From Parcubacteria group bacterium (GTDB lineage Bacteria; Patescibacteriota; Patescibacteriia; UBA1558; GWA2-36-10), in assembly GCA_003104935.1 (NCBI GenBank), contig PQAE01000010.1, positions 13,768-77,767 of the forward strand: a DNA stretch of 64,000 nucleotides. Direction: 5' to 3'. Within the stretch, counting starts at the first letter, position 1. Every line of letters begins with the position of its first letter. Below are positions 10,070 through 19,079 of the stretch, piece by piece. Below the pieces are notes generated by a model. It saw only the letters and a program-made list of their open reading frames with translations. It was not told the origin of the DNA and did no database searches. The translations under genes were made by a program, and so were the position numbers.

Positions 10070-10563
10070 TTGTTCTTGTTTAAAGTAATGTTCCTAGACT
10101 ATTTTCTCCTCTTTCTCCTCTGGAGTACCACGTCAGACGTGGCTGAGACTACTTATGTGCTTCCTCCCGCCGCTGGCGGGATCGACCTTGCTGGTCACAG
10201 ACAAATAGACCCCAAATTTGATAAGCAAAGATAATGATGTCTAAGAACGCTAATTAGATCCCCGCAAATCTCCGATTTTACCCGGAAACGCGAGAGATTT
10301 TCATCCCGCGCATTGCTTTCTTGCTAAGCAATATTTACGGGACCACCCCTAAGTCGCGCGCGATTTAAGCGATAATTTAGGGATAGCAATCCTCAATTTA
10401 TCACCCGCTTTTTACGCACTTCTGCTTTAAAACGGGGGCCTGTCCCTGCGAAAGCAGGGATTAAGAACTGCCTACCCCAAAATTATTCTGCCTGCAATCG
10501 GACTAGGATTGTCGGCGCGTCTATCGGGTTATAAAAGAACGAAATAAAAATTATAAACAATGA

Positions 10564-11892
10564 TTAAAACTTGATCAGATCTTCGGGCTTGACCAGTGGT
10601 AGGGTGCTACTGGACAGATTCTGGCCATCCAAAGCCCCCGAGGCTTCTATCTTTTTGAACGGTGTAGTAGTACTGACCGGCAAAGGAATAGTGGAAGTGG
10701 CTCTGACACCGGTGGTAGCCGCTCTGTTCTGACTATCGCTGACGATTTGATCCAATTTTTGCAATACCGCTTCGGCTTTTTGGCTAACTTCTTTGGTCTC
10801 AGTCACTTTGGTCATCGCGTCTTTGATCGAACCTTCCTGCAACAAGACTTTGGCCTGGTCCAATTTGAGCTCGGCGGTTTGCGGTAACATCTCTTTGATT
10901 ACCTTTTCCACTTCGCCCTGTTGTAAAATCTCACTGCCGATCACCTGGTCTTTGACTTTGGCCAGATCTTCAGCTTTGACCGCTTCGGTCTTTATCTTGA
11001 TGTCTTGGATGTCTAAACTGGCATCTTTGATTTCATTTTCTACGATGGCCTTGACTCCGTCTTTGACGGCTTGCAACTCCTGTTGATCCACTTTGGAAGT
11101 TTCCACACTGACTGTACCAGTAGCTACGGCCTCTGCCAGATCCTGAGGCTTCATATTTGAGGCGGCTACTACTTCTTCGTGTACCTGGACGGCCAGACTA
11201 ACCGCCGAGTCATTGACTTTCTTGCTGGCCTCAGCCGCATCTTTGAGCACATTGCCGATCACCTTATCGCTGACTATATCCTGTTTTTCTTTGACGGTAG
11301 TTTTGACCTCCTTGGTAACGGCTGTAACTTTCTTGACCAACGCTACCACTTCGCTGGGCCGATTTTCTTCTTTTACTATCTTTAATGAGGCGTCAGCTCC
11401 GGCTACGTCTTTTTCCAGATGGCGGACAGCCAGATTAATAGCTTTTTCCTTGGACACGCTATCAGTCGACTCCAGAGTGTTATCTTCTAAAATCTTGTCA
11501 ATCTCTCCCAGACGGGTGCTAACGTGTTTGAGATGAATTTCAGTTTCTTTAACCTGGCTAAAGGTAAGAGATAATTCGGCTTGCTCCATAGATCTCTTCA
11601 TCGGCCAGAGCATCTCACCCGGTACCGAGGCCTGAGCGGCAAAGGCCACTCCCGAGCCCAGAGAGATTATCAGAAAAGCGGCGATCATCCTGGTCAACGA
11701 AGGCATAAAACGCCGCAAAGCCGTGGAAAAAAATAAATCAGCCCTTTCCGAAAGTGTCAGGCGCTGAACCCGAGACATTTTACTTTGAGCAGAAATCTCC
11801 GCTAAGAGCTCATATCTGGTTTTTTCCATCCAATCCTTATCCGGCGTCAGTGATGGTAAATTTTTCAGATTGGATAATTTGTGACTAAGCAT
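10564..11892 (-). CDS. DUF5667-domain membrane protein, probable anti-sigma factor
   Basis: Short cytoplasmic N-terminus, one TM, AQASVPGEMLWPMKRSMEQAELSLT motif, long helical body; directly downstream of the ECF sigma. Confidence 0.7.
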   Translation of the reverse strand: MLSHKLSNLKNLPSLTPDKDWMEKTRYELLAEISAQSKMSRVQRLTLSERADLFFSTALRRFMPSLTRMIAAFLIISLGSGVAFAAQASVPGEMLWPMKRSMEQAELSLTFSQVKETEIHLKHVSTRLGEIDKILEDNTLESTDSVSKEKAINLAVRHLEKDVAGADASLKIVKEENRPSEVVALVKKVTAVTKEVKTTVKEKQDIVSDKVIGNVLKDAAEASKKVNDSAVSLAVQVHEEVVAASNMKPQDLAEAVATGTVSVETSKVDQQELQAVKDGVKAIVENEIKDASLDIQDIKIKTEAVKAEDLAKVKDQVIGSEILQQGEVEKVIKEMLPQTAELKLDQAKVLLQEGSIKDAMTKVTETKEVSQKAEAVLQKLDQIVSDSQNRAATTGVRATSTIPLPVSTTTPFKKIEASGALDGQNLSSSTLPLVKPEDLIKF

Positions 11893-11902
11893 TTTATTAT
11901 GA

Positions 11903-12454
11903 TTATAATTTGGTAATTTCCCTTAATTTACTCAGCGCCCGGTGCAAGAGGACACGCACGGCGCTTTTTTGCATATCAACGATCTGGGCGATGTCATCGA
12001 TGGACAAATCTTCTACATAACGCAGATAAATCACTTCTTGATATTCCGGTTTCAATTTTCTTAAATCCTGCAATAACTTTTCCAGATCCAGCGACCGATG
12101 AAAACTATGGCTGTGGTCAGCTGGGGCCTGTTCCAGCTCCTCCGGCAAAAACTCTAGAGGCAATTCCTGACGATTATTTTGCCGGTAATAATCTATCACG
12201 GTATTGCGGGCGATCCGGAAGACAAAGGACTGAAAATTTGCAATCTGTTTCTTATCCACCAGATGCTGCCAGGTTTTAAGAAATATATCCTGGGTCAGAT
12301 CTTCGGCCACTTCTTTGGCGGAAACCTTGATCAGAACATAGCGATAAATGCTTTTAACGTACTTGTCGTAGAAAAAAACAAAGGCGTCAGCATCACCAGA
12401 TCTAAGCCTTAAGAAAACTATCCTCTCTTGTAAACTACTTTTCAGACTTTTCAT
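11903..12454 (-). CDS. ECF-family RNA polymerase sigma factor
   Basis: Region 2 (AEDLTQDIFLKTW...FVFRIARNTVIDYYR) and region 4 (LSIDDIAQIVDMQKSAVRVLLHRAL). Confidence 0.95.
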   Translation of the reverse strand: MKSLKSSLQERIVFLRLRSGDADAFVFFYDKYVKSIYRYVLIKVSAKEVAEDLTQDIFLKTWQHLVDKKQIANFQSFVFRIARNTVIDYYRQNNRQELPLEFLPEELEQAPADHSHSFHRSLDLEKLLQDLRKLKPEYQEVIYLRYVEDLSIDDIAQIVDMQKSAVRVLLHRALSKLREITKL

Positions 12455-12459
12455 ATATA

Positions 12460-12487
12460 TAGACGAAGAAACCGCCTAAATATTACA
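12460..12487 (-). promoter_or_regulatory. ECF-type (probably autoregulatory) promoter giving a leaderless mRNA
   Basis: TGTAAT (12487-12482) - 16 nt - CGTCTA (12465-12460), 5 nt before the sigma ATG. Confidence 0.6.
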
Positions 12488-12683
12488 CTTTTTACCGCTA
12501 ATTATATGCGCTAATATTAGCAAAAATTAAAGAGAATCAAGATTCCCTTTAATTAATTAGACATGAAGTGAACAAATTATAGCATTTTGATACACCTATG
12601 TAAAGACAAAAAACCGGAAAAAAGTTACTTTTTTAAGGTTTAGTGGTTTAGTCTGAACATAGAAAAAAATTAACTAAAATCAC

Positions 12684-12709
12684 TTATACACAATAGCTAC
12701 TTATCCACA
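12684..12709 (+). promoter_or_regulatory. Two tandem DnaA boxes
   Basis: TTATACACA (12684-12692) and TTATCCACA (12701-12709). Confidence 0.6.
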
Positions 12710-12713
12710 TTTA

Positions 12714-12744
12714 TTGACCAAAGGTATAGAATAGTATATACTAT
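12714..12744 (+). promoter_or_regulatory. sigma70 promoter overlapped by a 14-bp palindrome
   Basis: TTGACC - 17 nt - TATACT (12737-12742); palindrome ATAGTATATACTAT at 12731-12744. Confidence 0.65.
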
Positions 12745-12770
12745 ATATGAATATTAATCTGGTTAAAAAT

Positions 12771-13058
12771 ATGGAAAACGTCATTCGCGTTTCAATTTCT
12801 GAGGCTGGCCGTTTATTTGGTGTTTCTACTAAGACTATCCGCCAAGCCATCAAAAATGAGGAGTTGCGATATATCGTGGTAAAAGGACGCTATAAGATCA
12901 ACTTTGCTTCTTTAGTAACCTGGTCGCAGAGATCCACTCGTAGGGCTAACCTGCTACGTCAGGACGGTATTGGCCAGTATGTGGATAACTGGAAAATATC
13001 AAACAAAAAATTTAGCCCTAGCTTTGAACTGATAAAAAACAAAAAAACCGCGGATTAG
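12771..13058 (+). CDS. Excisionase/MerR-like helix-turn-helix DNA-binding protein
   Basis: VSISEAGRLFGVSTKTIRQAIKNEELRY; start placed at the second ATG because the first (12747) lies at or upstream of the predicted +1. Confidence 0.8.
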   Translation: MENVIRVSISEAGRLFGVSTKTIRQAIKNEELRYIVVKGRYKINFASLVTWSQRSTRRANLLRQDGIGQYVDNWKISNKKFSPSFELIKNKKTAD

Positions 13059-13085
13059 ATCCTCGGTTTTTTCTGGTATTATATT

Positions 13086-14174
13086 TTAGAGTTGCACTTC
13101 TATATCCTGGGTTTGACTATTACGCTGTATCTTAATAATAATCTTTTCCCCTACGCGGTAATTTTGGATAATAGAGGTCAGCGACTGACTGCCCGAAACC
13201 AGATTATTATTAACCGACAGGATCAAGTCGCCGGCTTTAATACCGGCTTTGCCGGCCGGTAAGGTAAATGTAACCGGCGAAACTGACGGATTATAAACCA
13301 ATACCCCCTTTTTAGTGAAACCGCTATTATTATCTAAATCCACATAACTCAATCCAAACTTAACTCTCTCCGTGCTATTAAGCATATTTTTAACGGCTTG
13401 CTTTAAGTACTCGGACGGCACCAATAATGTTTCCTGGTCTAATTTGTAGGCCAGCCCCATCAGGTTACCCTGCAGATTAAAGAAAGGGGCGGCCAATATG
13501 TTGGCTGGCTGTACCTCGCCAAGCTGTAAGTAATAATCAATCTTTTCGGTAGAAAGATACTTTTCCGGCACATAATGCGCGTTGGCCAGAACCGTCGTGT
13601 AAAAAGTATCCTCCAGACTGTGCACCGAATCAATACCAGTAAAAAGACTCTCCCCGGTCTTGACTTCGTCGGTCAGCTGGAAATCTATAGGCGACAAAAA
13701 GTTGGCGCTGATTTTAACAAAGACCGCACCACTAAAAAGATCGCGCTTGAGGTCAAGCGGTTCGTAGAGCTTATCTCCGAGGGCAATGACTACTTGCTTA
13801 TTTTTTATCACTTGATCCGTGCTCATCAACCAGCCGTCGGAAGTCACCACGACCGCCGATCCTAAAAAATCATCCTGCGAAAACAATGGCCCGCCGACGC
13901 TACTGACAGCCGCGACCGGACGGTAGACGCCGGCAATACTTCCGGCTGACTTTTGAGCCAAATCGATCAAGGGTTGGCCGGCCTGGTTGCCGCCTCTGGT
14001 CCATTGGCTTAAATTAATGTAATTGGCATTAGTGGACGGCAAAACATTCTGCCCCAATAAATAACCGCCGAAACCGGCAATCAGCCCGAGTAAAACCGCA
14101 ATAATGGTCAGGTTTAGTAATGAGGGCGGCTTTTCCATAGTCGGCCGGCTAAAATGTTGCTTTCTGTCTTCCAT
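13086..14174 (-). CDS. HtrA/DegP-like trypsin-fold + PDZ membrane protein with a degenerate catalytic triad
   Basis: LGSAVVVTSDGWLMST and PFFNLQGNLMGL segments; PDZ motif PAGKAGIKAGDLILSVN; lacks the TNxH and GNSGG motifs. Confidence 0.8.
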   Translation of the reverse strand: MEDRKQHFSRPTMEKPPSLLNLTIIAVLLGLIAGFGGYLLGQNVLPSTNANYINLSQWTRGGNQAGQPLIDLAQKSAGSIAGVYRPVAAVSSVGGPLFSQDDFLGSAVVVTSDGWLMSTDQVIKNKQVVIALGDKLYEPLDLKRDLFSGAVFVKISANFLSPIDFQLTDEVKTGESLFTGIDSVHSLEDTFYTTVLANAHYVPEKYLSTEKIDYYLQLGEVQPANILAAPFFNLQGNLMGLAYKLDQETLLVPSEYLKQAVKNMLNSTERVKFGLSYVDLDNNSGFTKKGVLVYNPSVSPVTFTLPAGKAGIKAGDLILSVNNNLVSGSQSLTSIIQNYRVGEKIIIKIQRNSQTQDIEVQL

Positions 14175-14179
14175 AAGTG

Positions 14180-14902
14180 TTAGGTTAGCGCAGTAATTAA
14201 TAAAAGTAAAATAATAGAAATCAATAGGGCAAAAATCCAGCGGAAATTACGCAAAGTGACCAGAGATTTGTCCCCGATGAAAAAAAACCAAAGCGTAATG
14301 ATGGTACCGCCGGCATAAAAACTGAGCGGTAAAAGATAAACCGCACCGACCAGTTGTGCCACCAGAAAAATGAGAATGATCAATTCATACCAGTGACGGT
14401 TTTCGTCCCACAACCAAAGCTGAGCTAGCCAACTAAAGGCACCGGCCAAAACCAATCCCAGGGCATAAAGTACCGGGAACTGTATCAAATAAATCAGAGC
14501 GTAGAGACTGACGGACCAAAACCAAAAATTGAGATAATAAAAGAACTTTAGAGCCGGTAAATAATCCGCCCGACCGGTTTCTTTCAGCGCGCTAAAATGC
14601 CGGCCGACCAGCCACCAGACAAATCCCCAGACAAAAGCCAGAGCAAAAATCAAAATATACCTAAAATGCAGAGGGGTAAGTAAGCTGATGAAAATGAATT
14701 CGGCCAGATAGGCTAAAAGCAAATTTACAAATAAAAGTTTATTTTGCCAAAAATGGTGCCGCGTCGCCAAACGGAGGCTAATCATAATTACCAATAGACT
14801 AAAAACGGCCAGAAAGACAGGCCAGCGACCGTAATAAAAAAACCACAAAAAACTGAGCAGATATAAAAAGGGGCTTATAAATATTACTAGATAACGTGAC
14901 AT
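14180..14902 (-). CDS. Polytopic membrane protein of unknown function
   Basis: About 8-9 hydrophobic helices; tightly packed in the operon. Confidence 0.7.
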   Translation of the reverse strand: MSRYLVIFISPFLYLLSFLWFFYYGRWPVFLAVFSLLVIMISLRLATRHHFWQNKLLFVNLLLAYLAEFIFISLLTPLHFRYILIFALAFVWGFVWWLVGRHFSALKETGRADYLPALKFFYYLNFWFWSVSLYALIYLIQFPVLYALGLVLAGAFSWLAQLWLWDENRHWYELIILIFLVAQLVGAVYLLPLSFYAGGTIITLWFFFIGDKSLVTLRNFRWIFALLISIILLLLITALT

Positions 14903-14903
14903 C

Positions 14904-15350
14904 TTAATTTATAATCGTCTTAAACCGGGCGATGTCCGGCGCTAACTCCGGAAATAACTGCACAACCTGTGATAAATTTTCTCCGGCTCGGTCTTTAAAC
15001 CTTAGGTCCTTGGTTACCAAATACTGCTCTAGCGAATCAAAGGCTAACAATAAGGAAATATGCGCCCGGCCCAAGCTCAAATCTCCACGGAAATTTGTAA
15101 TCTTTTCCCTGACCGCGCGCACCGCGGGCAAAGGATCCTGGCGGGGCACTTCCACCAACCAGACCCGGACATACTGGGGGTACTTATCAGCGCTAATCAC
15201 ATCAGGGTTAGCGCTCGGGGCGTTATTTTGACGGACTATAAAATCTGACGGTCCTGAACAAGGATGGACTAATTGTACTAATAAACACAGGCCAAAAAAA
15301 ATCGCAACAATCAATAATATCTTATTATTTTGAAAATATTTTATTAACAT
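14904..15350 (-). CDS. Hypothetical protein with N-terminal TM
   Basis: ORF in operon with 1-nt spacing. Confidence 0.6.
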   Translation of the reverse strand: MLIKYFQNNKILLIVAIFFGLCLLVQLVHPCSGPSDFIVRQNNAPSANPDVISADKYPQYVRVWLVEVPRQDPLPAVRAVREKITNFRGDLSLGRAHISLLLAFDSLEQYLVTKDLRFKDRAGENLSQVVQLFPELAPDIARFKTIIN

Positions 15351-15368
15351 TTATTATAATAACTTATT

Positions 15369-15686
15369 TTAAAATAAATCTTCAGCGGAAAACTTTTCCC
15401 AATCCGACCGGACATCGGACCAGCGGTAGGCCTCCATATGGCTGACGGTCTCGCTATCAGAATAAACATAATCCACATTTACGCCCGAACCAATGCGATT
15501 GGAATAAGCAGTTTTTTTGTCCAATAATTTTGGCCGGGTGACAAATCTAAGACGTATTCGGCCGGCTGGGCCGCTAAACTCAATAATTTCCGCTTGTCCC
15601 GGGTCCAAATCTTCCTGATATTGCTCCTCTACCGAAAAACCGGTCTTGATTTGAGCCACTATTTCTTGCCAGCGTTCCTTGGTCAT
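15369..15686 (-). CDS. Hypothetical protein
   Basis: ATGA overlap with the upstream gene; globular composition. Confidence 0.7.
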   Translation of the reverse strand: MTKERWQEIVAQIKTGFSVEEQYQEDLDPGQAEIIEFSGPAGRIRLRFVTRPKLLDKKTAYSNRIGSGVNVDYVYSDSETVSHMEAYRWSDVRSDWEKFSAEDLF

Positions 15687-16135
15687 AATTTAATGTTAAT
15701 TTTATCCCCGTTCTCTATATTTAGACCTAAGTTTTGCTTTAAGTCAATCGGTATTTCTAAAACCTGATTTATCGGCACAGCCGAACTATAGCGAGGCCAG
15801 GCAACTTGGGGAATGCCATCAGGAATAAGCGACGCCCGCTCCACGCCGACGACAGCCGTGTCGTCCAGCCAGACTATATCAATCGGAAAGTTCATATCCT
15901 TCATCCAAAAGGTTCTCAATTGCTTATCCGGAAAAACAAAGAGCATCATCTGGTGTTTAGTCTGTCCGGACAATCCTCGCTCCCACTCGGCTGGCTGATC
16001 GGCTAATAAAGCCCGATAATCTCGCCCGCCGATAGTCACGGTGACCAAATCATTACCGGTGGCGCGCGAACTAAACCAAATAAAAATGGCTAGACCCACA
16101 ATAATTATCAGCGCGATGTATTTAATTATTTTCAT
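15683..16135 (-). CDS. DUF192-family protein
   Basis: ERGLSG...MLFVFP...FWMKDMNFPIDIVWLD...VLEI motif. Confidence 0.9.
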   Translation of the reverse strand: MKIIKYIALIIIVGLAIFIWFSSRATGNDLVTVTIGGRDYRALLADQPAEWERGLSGQTKHQMMLFVFPDKQLRTFWMKDMNFPIDIVWLDDTAVVGVERASLIPDGIPQVAWPRYSSAVPINQVLEIPIDLKQNLGLNIENGDKINIKL

Positions 16136-17201
16136 GGCGCGCCTTTAAACGATAATTTAGCCAACTGCTCAAAACAAACATGAAAATCAGCAAAAAAGCC
16201 AGGGCGCCCAGTTTGGTTTTAGTGGTAAAAAAGATAGACATCAAACCGAAACAAAAACTGACTAAACTGAGAAAAAATACGACCTGGCGCTGACTCAAAC
16301 CAGCCGCCAGAAGACGAAAATGCAAATGTTCCTGATCGCCCCGCCAAAATGGCTGACCCCTTTTCAAACGGCGCACTACTACCCAAAAAATATCTAAGAG
16401 TGGCAAACCCATCACCAGTAAGGCAGTGGCAATCTTACTGCCGGAAATAATGGACAAAACTCCCAGGGTAAAGCCAATCAATGTGCTACCACCTTCTCCT
16501 AAAAATATTTTAGCCGGATGCCAGTTTAATACCAGAAAGCCAAAAATGGCCCCGGAAAAAGCAATGGACAGTAGTGAAGTGGTTGAACAACGCACGTCCC
16601 AGGACAAACTGACGATAAAGATCACCAAACTGGCTACCAGTCCGATGCTACTGGTCAAACCATCCACACCATCAAGGAGTTTAGCGGTATAAGTGATGCT
16701 GAGTAGCCATAGGAAAGTTATCGCCGGCGGCAACCACAGCAGAAAAAACCCACTATTACCGACTAGATTATTCAGATATAAAACCCCGCCGGACGGATGA
16801 GTAACGTGAGTAATCTCCATGCCGCTGACGATAATCGCTAGAGCGGCCAAAATCGGCGCCCAAATAGTGGCCTGAGGCGGTAAATTATATTTGTCGTCTA
16901 AGACCCCCATGATGATTAAAATCAGCCCGGCTACAAGCAGGCCCGCTAACATCAACCAACTAATTTTTTGATCCAGCAATCGCCCCTGCCAATTCAAAAA
17001 TAAAATAACTATCACCCAGGAAAAATATATGGGCAGTCCGCCCAGAAGCGGCATGGGAACCTTGTGAATTTTTCTTTCGTCTTTGGGATAATCCAATATT
17101 TTATAATTATTTGCCAAGGCGATAACCAGCTTGGTTAAAATAAACGACAAGACGGCCGTGCCGATAAAAATCAAAATAAAATTTGACCAACTAGCTGACA
17201 T
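16122..17201 (-). CDS. MraY/WecA/TagO-family (glycosyltransferase 4) polyprenyl-phosphate sugar-phosphate transferase
   Basis: RKIH...PLLGG, GVLDD, LLDGVDGL, NWHPAKIFLGEGGS and EHLHFRL motifs. Confidence 0.9.
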   Translation of the reverse strand: MSASWSNFILIFIGTAVLSFILTKLVIALANNYKILDYPKDERKIHKVPMPLLGGLPIYFSWVIVILFLNWQGRLLDQKISWLMLAGLLVAGLILIIMGVLDDKYNLPPQATIWAPILAALAIIVSGMEITHVTHPSGGVLYLNNLVGNSGFFLLWLPPAITFLWLLSITYTAKLLDGVDGLTSSIGLVASLVIFIVSLSWDVRCSTTSLLSIAFSGAIFGFLVLNWHPAKIFLGEGGSTLIGFTLGVLSIISGSKIATALLVMGLPLLDIFWVVVRRLKRGQPFWRGDQEHLHFRLLAAGLSQRQVVFFLSLVSFCFGLMSIFFTTKTKLGALAFLLIFMFVLSSWLNYRLKARHENN

Positions 17202-17577
17202 TGGCTTGCAAATAAGTATCTAAAATGGCCGCGGCCGCATGTTTATCTATATCTCGGCTGACGCCCTGGCGACTGTACAATTTGGAGGTCAAGCGTTCAT
17301 CCATGGTTTCTACCGGCACAGGCAAAGCTGACGCCAAACGGTCGATAAAATTTTTGGTTAGTTGCCAACGCTCGTTGGGCGCGCCAGACAGACTGAGAGG
17401 TAGACCGACAACCACCAGGCCGACATGCTCGGCTCTAATGATCTCAGTAATATTTTTAATTAAAATATCTTCACCTTCGTTACTAATTACTTTAAAAGGA
17501 AAAGCCGAGCCGCCCGACTCACCCAGAGCCAGACCAACCCGCTTGTCGCCAAAATCTATACCTAGGATTCTGCTCAT
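17191..17577 (-). CDS. ruvX: YqgF/RuvX RNase H-fold nuclease
   Basis: ILGIDFGDKRVGLA, VVGLP, DERLTS and D..AAAAIL motifs. Confidence 0.92.
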   Translation of the reverse strand: MSRILGIDFGDKRVGLALGESGGSAFPFKVISNEGEDILIKNITEIIRAEHVGLVVVGLPLSLSGAPNERWQLTKNFIDRLASALPVPVETMDERLTSKLYSRQGVSRDIDKHAAAAILDTYLQANVS

Positions 17578-17580
17578 ATA

Positions 17581-18327
17581 TTATTTGGTGATAATTACAT
17601 GACCCTTATTGGTCACCGCCACCGTATGCTCAAAATGGGCGGTCAGGCTATGGTCATAAGAATTAACATCCCAGCCATTAGACCCCACCTCCACCCGGTC
17701 ATCGCCGCCGAGGATAATCATCGGTTCAATAGCAATAACTAAACCCGGAAACATTTTCTCCGTTTCTTTGCCATTATCAAAATTCATTACCAAAGGATCC
17801 TCATGCACCTGACGGCCAACTCCATGACCGGCTAAATCCCGAACAATGCCATAACCCAGTGGCTTTATATATGCCTCTATGGCTCGCCCGATGTCACTAA
17901 TAGCCCTATCTGGCCTAATTTGGGCAATACCCACTTCTAGAGCCTTTTTGGCGGCCAAAATGAGCCTTTTGGCCTCAGGAGTGACCTCGCCTACGGCTAA
18001 AGTAACGGCCATATCAGTAAAAAAACCCTTATAGAGCATACCCAGATCTAAACCGACAATATCTCCTGATTTTAGAGCGCGAGCCGTCGGTATGCCATGG
18101 ACTACGGTTTGATTGACGGAAACACAAAGCGCCGCCGGAAAATTATGATAATTTAGGAAAGACGGCACTCCTCCAGCTGTCCTGATCCATTGCTCCGCCA
18201 ACCGGTTTAACTCCTGGCCGTTCTGACCGGGATGCACCTGTTTTGCCAGACGGTTCAAAATATTACTGAGGATACGCCCGCCCTCCTGCAAAATAGCTAT
18301 TTCTTTGGGCGTTTTTTTATCAAGCAT
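17581..18327 (-). CDS. map: Methionine aminopeptidase type I
   Basis: CVSVNQTVVHGIP, GHGVGRQVHEDP, AIEPM and AHFEHTV motifs. Confidence 0.97.
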   Translation of the reverse strand: MLDKKTPKEIAILQEGGRILSNILNRLAKQVHPGQNGQELNRLAEQWIRTAGGVPSFLNYHNFPAALCVSVNQTVVHGIPTARALKSGDIVGLDLGMLYKGFFTDMAVTLAVGEVTPEAKRLILAAKKALEVGIAQIRPDRAISDIGRAIEAYIKPLGYGIVRDLAGHGVGRQVHEDPLVMNFDNGKETEKMFPGLVIAIEPMIILGGDDRVEVGSNGWDVNSYDHSLTAHFEHTVAVTNKGHVIITK

Positions 18328-18967
18328 TTTTCTTCAAATAAGCAATGACACTCTGGCTAATTTTTTTTATCGGTTTTTCTCCGTTGATCACAACTAGTTT
18401 GCCGGACTTTTTATAATATTTCAAAAGCTTACTGGTCTTGCGGCGATAAATAGCTAAGCGGCGGGCAATAGCCCGGCCCCGGTCATCGTCGCGCACAAAC
18501 AAAAGTTGCCCGCAGATATCGCAAATCCCTTTTTGGCGCGGCGGATTGTGCCGGATATGCCAGATATGTCCGCGCTGGCAAACTAGGCGACCGGACAAAC
18601 GCCGTACGGCTTCACGGTCAGAAATATCAAAATTAAAAACTTTGTCTATGGAAAATTGCTTATCAAATATTCTGGCCTGGCGTAAACTGCGCGGAAATCC
18701 GTCAATAATAAAACCATTTTTGTAGGTCGGTTTTTTGAGCTGACGCATCACCAGATCGATCACAAAACCATCCGGCACCAATAGACCGGGAGTGACATAA
18801 GCCTTTAATTCTCGGCTGAGCTTTCCTTTTTTAAGGATAGCTTGGCGCAAAATCTGGCCGGCCGATACTTCCTTTAATTTTAAAAATTTGGCCATCACCG
18901 ACCCCTGAGTGCTTTTGCCAGCTCCCTGCGGGCCGAGAAGTATAATTCTTTTAATTTTATTGCTCAT
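18320..18967 (-). CDS. adk: Adenylate kinase
   Basis: GPQGAGKSTQ P-loop, IIDGFPR, LID with CDIC, RDDD. Confidence 0.92.
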   Translation of the reverse strand: MSNKIKRIILLGPQGAGKSTQGSVMAKFLKLKEVSAGQILRQAILKKGKLSRELKAYVTPGLLVPDGFVIDLVMRQLKKPTYKNGFIIDGFPRSLRQARIFDKQFSIDKVFNFDISDREAVRRLSGRLVCQRGHIWHIRHNPPRQKGICDICGQLLFVRDDDRGRAIARRLAIYRRKTSKLLKYYKKSGKLVVINGEKPIKKISQSVIAYLKKNA

Positions 18968-18981
18968 AGTCCAATACCGAA

Positions 18982-19010
18982 ATTATATCAAAATATAGTA
19001 TTTTTCTCAA
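18982..19010 (-). promoter_or_regulatory. sigma70 promoter for the adk-map-ruvX operon
   Basis: TTGAGA - 17 nt - TATAAT with a TG extension. Confidence 0.7.
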
Positions 19011-19022
19011 TTTATAAGCCGC

Positions 19023-19057
19023 AAAAAAATAAACCCCGTTTTGCTGCAAACGGGGGC
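19023..19057 (-). terminator. Terminator after secY
   Basis: CCCCGTTT...AAACGGGG stem followed by a T-rich tract on the - strand. Confidence 0.7.
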
Positions 19058-19079
19058 TATTTCCTAAAAAATGTTTCCA

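Noticed and set aside
12480-12746. AT-rich region with DnaA boxes as oriC
   Set aside because: Only two clustered boxes, no dnaA/dnaN nearby and no switch in gene orientation; better explained as a regulated promoter
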